Shown here piece after piece: positions 61,740 to 64,000 of a stretch of 64,000 nucleotides of DNA. Location: the NCBI GenBank assembly GCA_051888935.1, contig JBJFCL010000006.1:10558-74557 (forward strand), read 5' to 3'. Numbering within the stretch: position 1 is the first letter of the stretch; each line of letters opens with the position of its first letter. Position numbers and translations under genes: made by a program. Source of the stretch: Candidatus Caccovivens sp. GTDB taxonomy: Bacteria; Bacillota; Clostridia; Christensenellales; UBA1242. The notes under the pieces were generated by a model. That model was not told the DNA's origin, did not search any database, and saw only the letters and a list, made by a program, of their open reading frames with translations.

Positions 61740-63815
61740 TTATTGAGCCTTTTTGCGTTGTCCAACGATTGTTTCAGCAATATTCTTTGGAACTTCATTA
61801 TATTTCAAGAATTCCATTGTGAAAGTTCCACGACCTTGTGTCTGTGAACGAAGGTCTGTTGCATAACCAAACATTTCTCCAAGTGGAACTTCTGCATTTA
61901 CCACTTGAACGCCTGGTTTTGTTTCATTTCCAGTCAAGATACCTCTTCTTGAAGTAAGGTTACCCATAACAGTTCCAAGATAATCATCTGGGACTTCAAC
62001 TTGGACTTTCATAATAGGTTCAAGAAGCACTGGATTTGCTTTTGTTGCACCATCTTTAAATGCCATTGAGCCGGCAATCTTGAACGCCATTTCAGAAGAG
62101 TCAACTTCGTGGTAAGAACCATCAAGAACAGTTACTTTGAAGTCAACAGTTTCGTAACCAGCAATAACGCCGTTTTTGCTTGCTTCAATGATACCATTGT
62201 TGATTGGTTGAATGTATTCTTTTGGAATTGAACCACCAACAGTCTTATCTTCAAACACATAGCCAGCACCTGGTTCAAGAGGTTCAATGTTGATTACGCA
62301 GTGACCATATTGACCTTTACCACCAGACTGTCTAACAAACTTGCCTTCTGCACGAGTTGCTTTTCTGATTGTTTCCTTGTAAGCAACTTGTGGTTTTCCG
62401 ACATTTGCTTCAACCTTAAATTCACGAAGAAGTCTGTCAACGATGATTTCAAGGTGAAGTTCGCCCATTCCGGCAATGATTGTTTGACCTGTTTCTTGGT
62501 CTGTATAAGTTTTGAAAGTTGGGTCTTCTTCGGCAAGTTTAACAAGCGCAAGCACCATTTTTTCTTGCATAAGTTTTGTTTTTGGTTCAATAGCAACCTT
62601 AATAACTGGTTCTGGGAATTCCATACTTTCCAAAACGATAGGATTTTTTTCGTCACAAAGAGTTTCGCCTGTGATTGTGTCTTTAAGACCAACAATCGCA
62701 GCGATATCTCCTGCTCCAACCTCTTTGATTTCTTCTCTTTGGTTGGCGTGCATACGGATAAGACGACCAACTCTTTCCTTTTCGCCCTTGTTTGAGTTGT
62801 AAACATAAGAACCAGCAGTAAGTTTTCCAGAGTAAACTCTGAAAAATGCAAGTCTTCCAACGAATGGGTCTGTCATAATCTTAAATGCAAGACCTGCAAA
62901 TGGAGCATCTTCGCTTGGTGCTCTTGTTTCTTCTTCGCCAGAATCTGGATTAACGCCAGAGATGTGGTCGATGTCAAGTGGTGATGGAAGATACCATACC
63001 ATTGCATCAAGAAGCATTTGAACACCCTTGTTTTTGTAAGATGAACCACAAAGAACAGGAACTAATGCTCTGCTGATTGTTGCTTTTCTCAAAGCAGTTT
63101 TAAGTTCGTCCAAAGAGATTTCTTCGCCCTCAAAATACTTTTCAAGAAGAGCATCATCAGTTTCAACAATCTTTTCAATCATTTCATCATGAAGTTGTTG
63201 AGCTTTTGCTTTATATTCTTCTGGGATTTCAACGACATTGAAAACGGTTCCCATATCGTCTTCATAAATCTCTGCCTTCATTGTCAAAAGGTCGATAATT
63301 CCTCTGAATGTGTCAGCTTCGCCAATTGGCATTTGAATGGCAATTGGATTTGTTTTCAATCTTTCTTTGATTGATTCTACGCAACCATAAAAGTCGGCAG
63401 CATCTCTGTCCATTTTGTTGACATAGATGATGGTTGGAACTTTGTATTTTGTTGATTGACGCCATACAGTTTCAGTTTGTGGTTGAACTTTGTCACGAGC
63501 AGAAAGCACAAGAACCGCACCATCAAGCACTTTCAAAGAACGCTCAACTTCAACAGTGAAGTCAACGTGTCCCGGAGTGTCGATAATGTTGATTTTGTGA
63601 CCTTTCCATTGGCAAGTTGTACAAGCAGAAGTGATTGTGATACCTCTTTCTTGTTCCTGAGCCATCCAGTCCATGGTGGCAGCGCCATCGTGAACTTCAC
63701 CGATTTTGTGATTTTTTCCAGTATAGAACAAAATTCTTTCGGTGGTTGTGGTTTTACCTGCATCGATGTGAGCCATAATTCCGACGTTTCTGGTCATCTC
63801 TAGGTTTGTAGCCAT
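61740..63815 (-). CDS. fusA: Elongation factor G
   Basis: Carries [12 protein letters not shown] and DTPGHVDF. The start is refined to ATG 63815 ([10 protein letters not shown]) after AGGAGAAAAA. Confidence 0.97.
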   Translation of the reverse strand: MATNLEMTRNVGIMAHIDAGKTTTTERILFYTGKNHKIGEVHDGAATMDWMAQEQERGITITSACTTCQWKGHKINIIDTPGHVDFTVEVERSLKVLDGAVLVLSARDKVQPQTETVWRQSTKYKVPTIIYVNKMDRDAADFYGCVESIKERLKTNPIAIQMPIGEADTFRGIIDLLTMKAEIYEDDMGTVFNVVEIPEEYKAKAQQLHDEMIEKIVETDDALLEKYFEGEEISLDELKTALRKATISRALVPVLCGSSYKNKGVQMLLDAMVWYLPSPLDIDHISGVNPDSGEEETRAPSEDAPFAGLAFKIMTDPFVGRLAFFRVYSGKLTAGSYVYNSNKGEKERVGRLIRMHANQREEIKEVGAGDIAAIVGLKDTITGETLCDEKNPIVLESMEFPEPVIKVAIEPKTKLMQEKMVLALVKLAEEDPTFKTYTDQETGQTIIAGMGELHLEIIVDRLLREFKVEANVGKPQVAYKETIRKATRAEGKFVRQSGGKGQYGHCVINIEPLEPGAGYVFEDKTVGGSIPKEYIQPINNGIIEASKNGVIAGYETVDFKVTVLDGSYHEVDSSEMAFKIAGSMAFKDGATKANPVLLEPIMKVQVEVPDDYLGTVMGNLTSRRGILTGNETKPGVQVVNAEVPLGEMFGYATDLRSQTQGRGTFTMEFLKYNEVPKNIAETIVGQRKKAQ

Positions 63816-63927
63816 AATTTTTCTCCTATTTAATTTTTTCACATTTTGTTTAAACTAAACCATGGTGTGAATACCATTTTAAAAATACTCAAATGGAAAA
63901 TGAGCATCAAGCAAATTTTACCACTTG

Positions 63928-64000
63928 TAATGTGCAAACGCCTTGTTAGCTTCTGCCATTCTGTGCATTTCGTCACGCTTTTTGATTGAAGCGCCAGTGT
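63928..64000 (-). CDS. rpsG: 30S ribosomal protein S7, C-terminal end only (gene runs off the right edge)
   Basis: My own translation gives ..GASIKKRDEMHRMAEANKAFAHYKW*, upstream of fusA (str operon order). Confidence 0.8.

Noticed and set aside
1-64000. I looked for reverse transcriptase, retron or DGR signatures, cas genes, rRNA and tmRNA.
   Set aside because: No ORF shows RT (YxDD) or Cas motifs. No template/variable repeat pair was noticed. No rRNA-like or tmRNA-like sequence was seen.

Overview
This 64-kb window comes from a low-GC Gram-positive (Bacillota-like) chromosome and reads cleanly with the standard bacterial code. Spore-former-type gene orders are present: yqfC-yqfD-ybeY-era, lspA-rluD, rplU-prp-rpmA and rpsG-fusA-tuf. 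There are three blocks. (i) 1 to about 28.5 kb holds most of a temperate siphovirus-type prophage, whose left end lies outside the window. It carries tail, tape-measure, G/T chaperone, HK97-type capsid/protease/portal, terminase, replication and sigma-factor modules. It also has a hicAB moron, a cro/cI switch with 15-bp palindromic operators, and a large serine recombinase. (ii) About 28.5-38.35 kb is a much more AT-rich, degenerate integrative island. Hand counts of example 60-nt lines give 11-15 G+C here against 23-26 elsewhere. The island holds a tyrosine integrase that lacks its N-terminal domain and has an in-frame TGA, and a sigma/HTH-like gene. Its right edge is a 44-nt tRNA-Lys 3' fragment followed by a terminator. 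Its cargo is a tightly coupled ten-gene operon: an HD and a HAD deoxynucleotidase, an atypical radical SAM enzyme, a maleate-isomerase-like protein, an HhH-GPD glycosylase-like protein, a dTMP-kinase-like protein, a PfkB-P-loop kinase fusion, MazG, a small ORF and a frameshifted Nudix. I consider this operon the best candidate for an undescribed modified-nucleotide, DNA-modification or antiviral system. Function is inferred from motifs only. (iii) 38.35-64 kb holds host genes: SDR, Ku, a glycosyltransferase, an M1 peptidase, DnaD-domain/DnaI, tRNA-Trp, era/ybeY/yqfCD, two large lipoproteins, ogg, the L21/Prp/L27 operon, a WG-repeat protein, rluD, lspA, sepF, tuf, fusA and partial rpsG. I saw no rRNA, CRISPR array or reverse transcriptase. 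All family calls rest on motif recognition by eye, with no database search.
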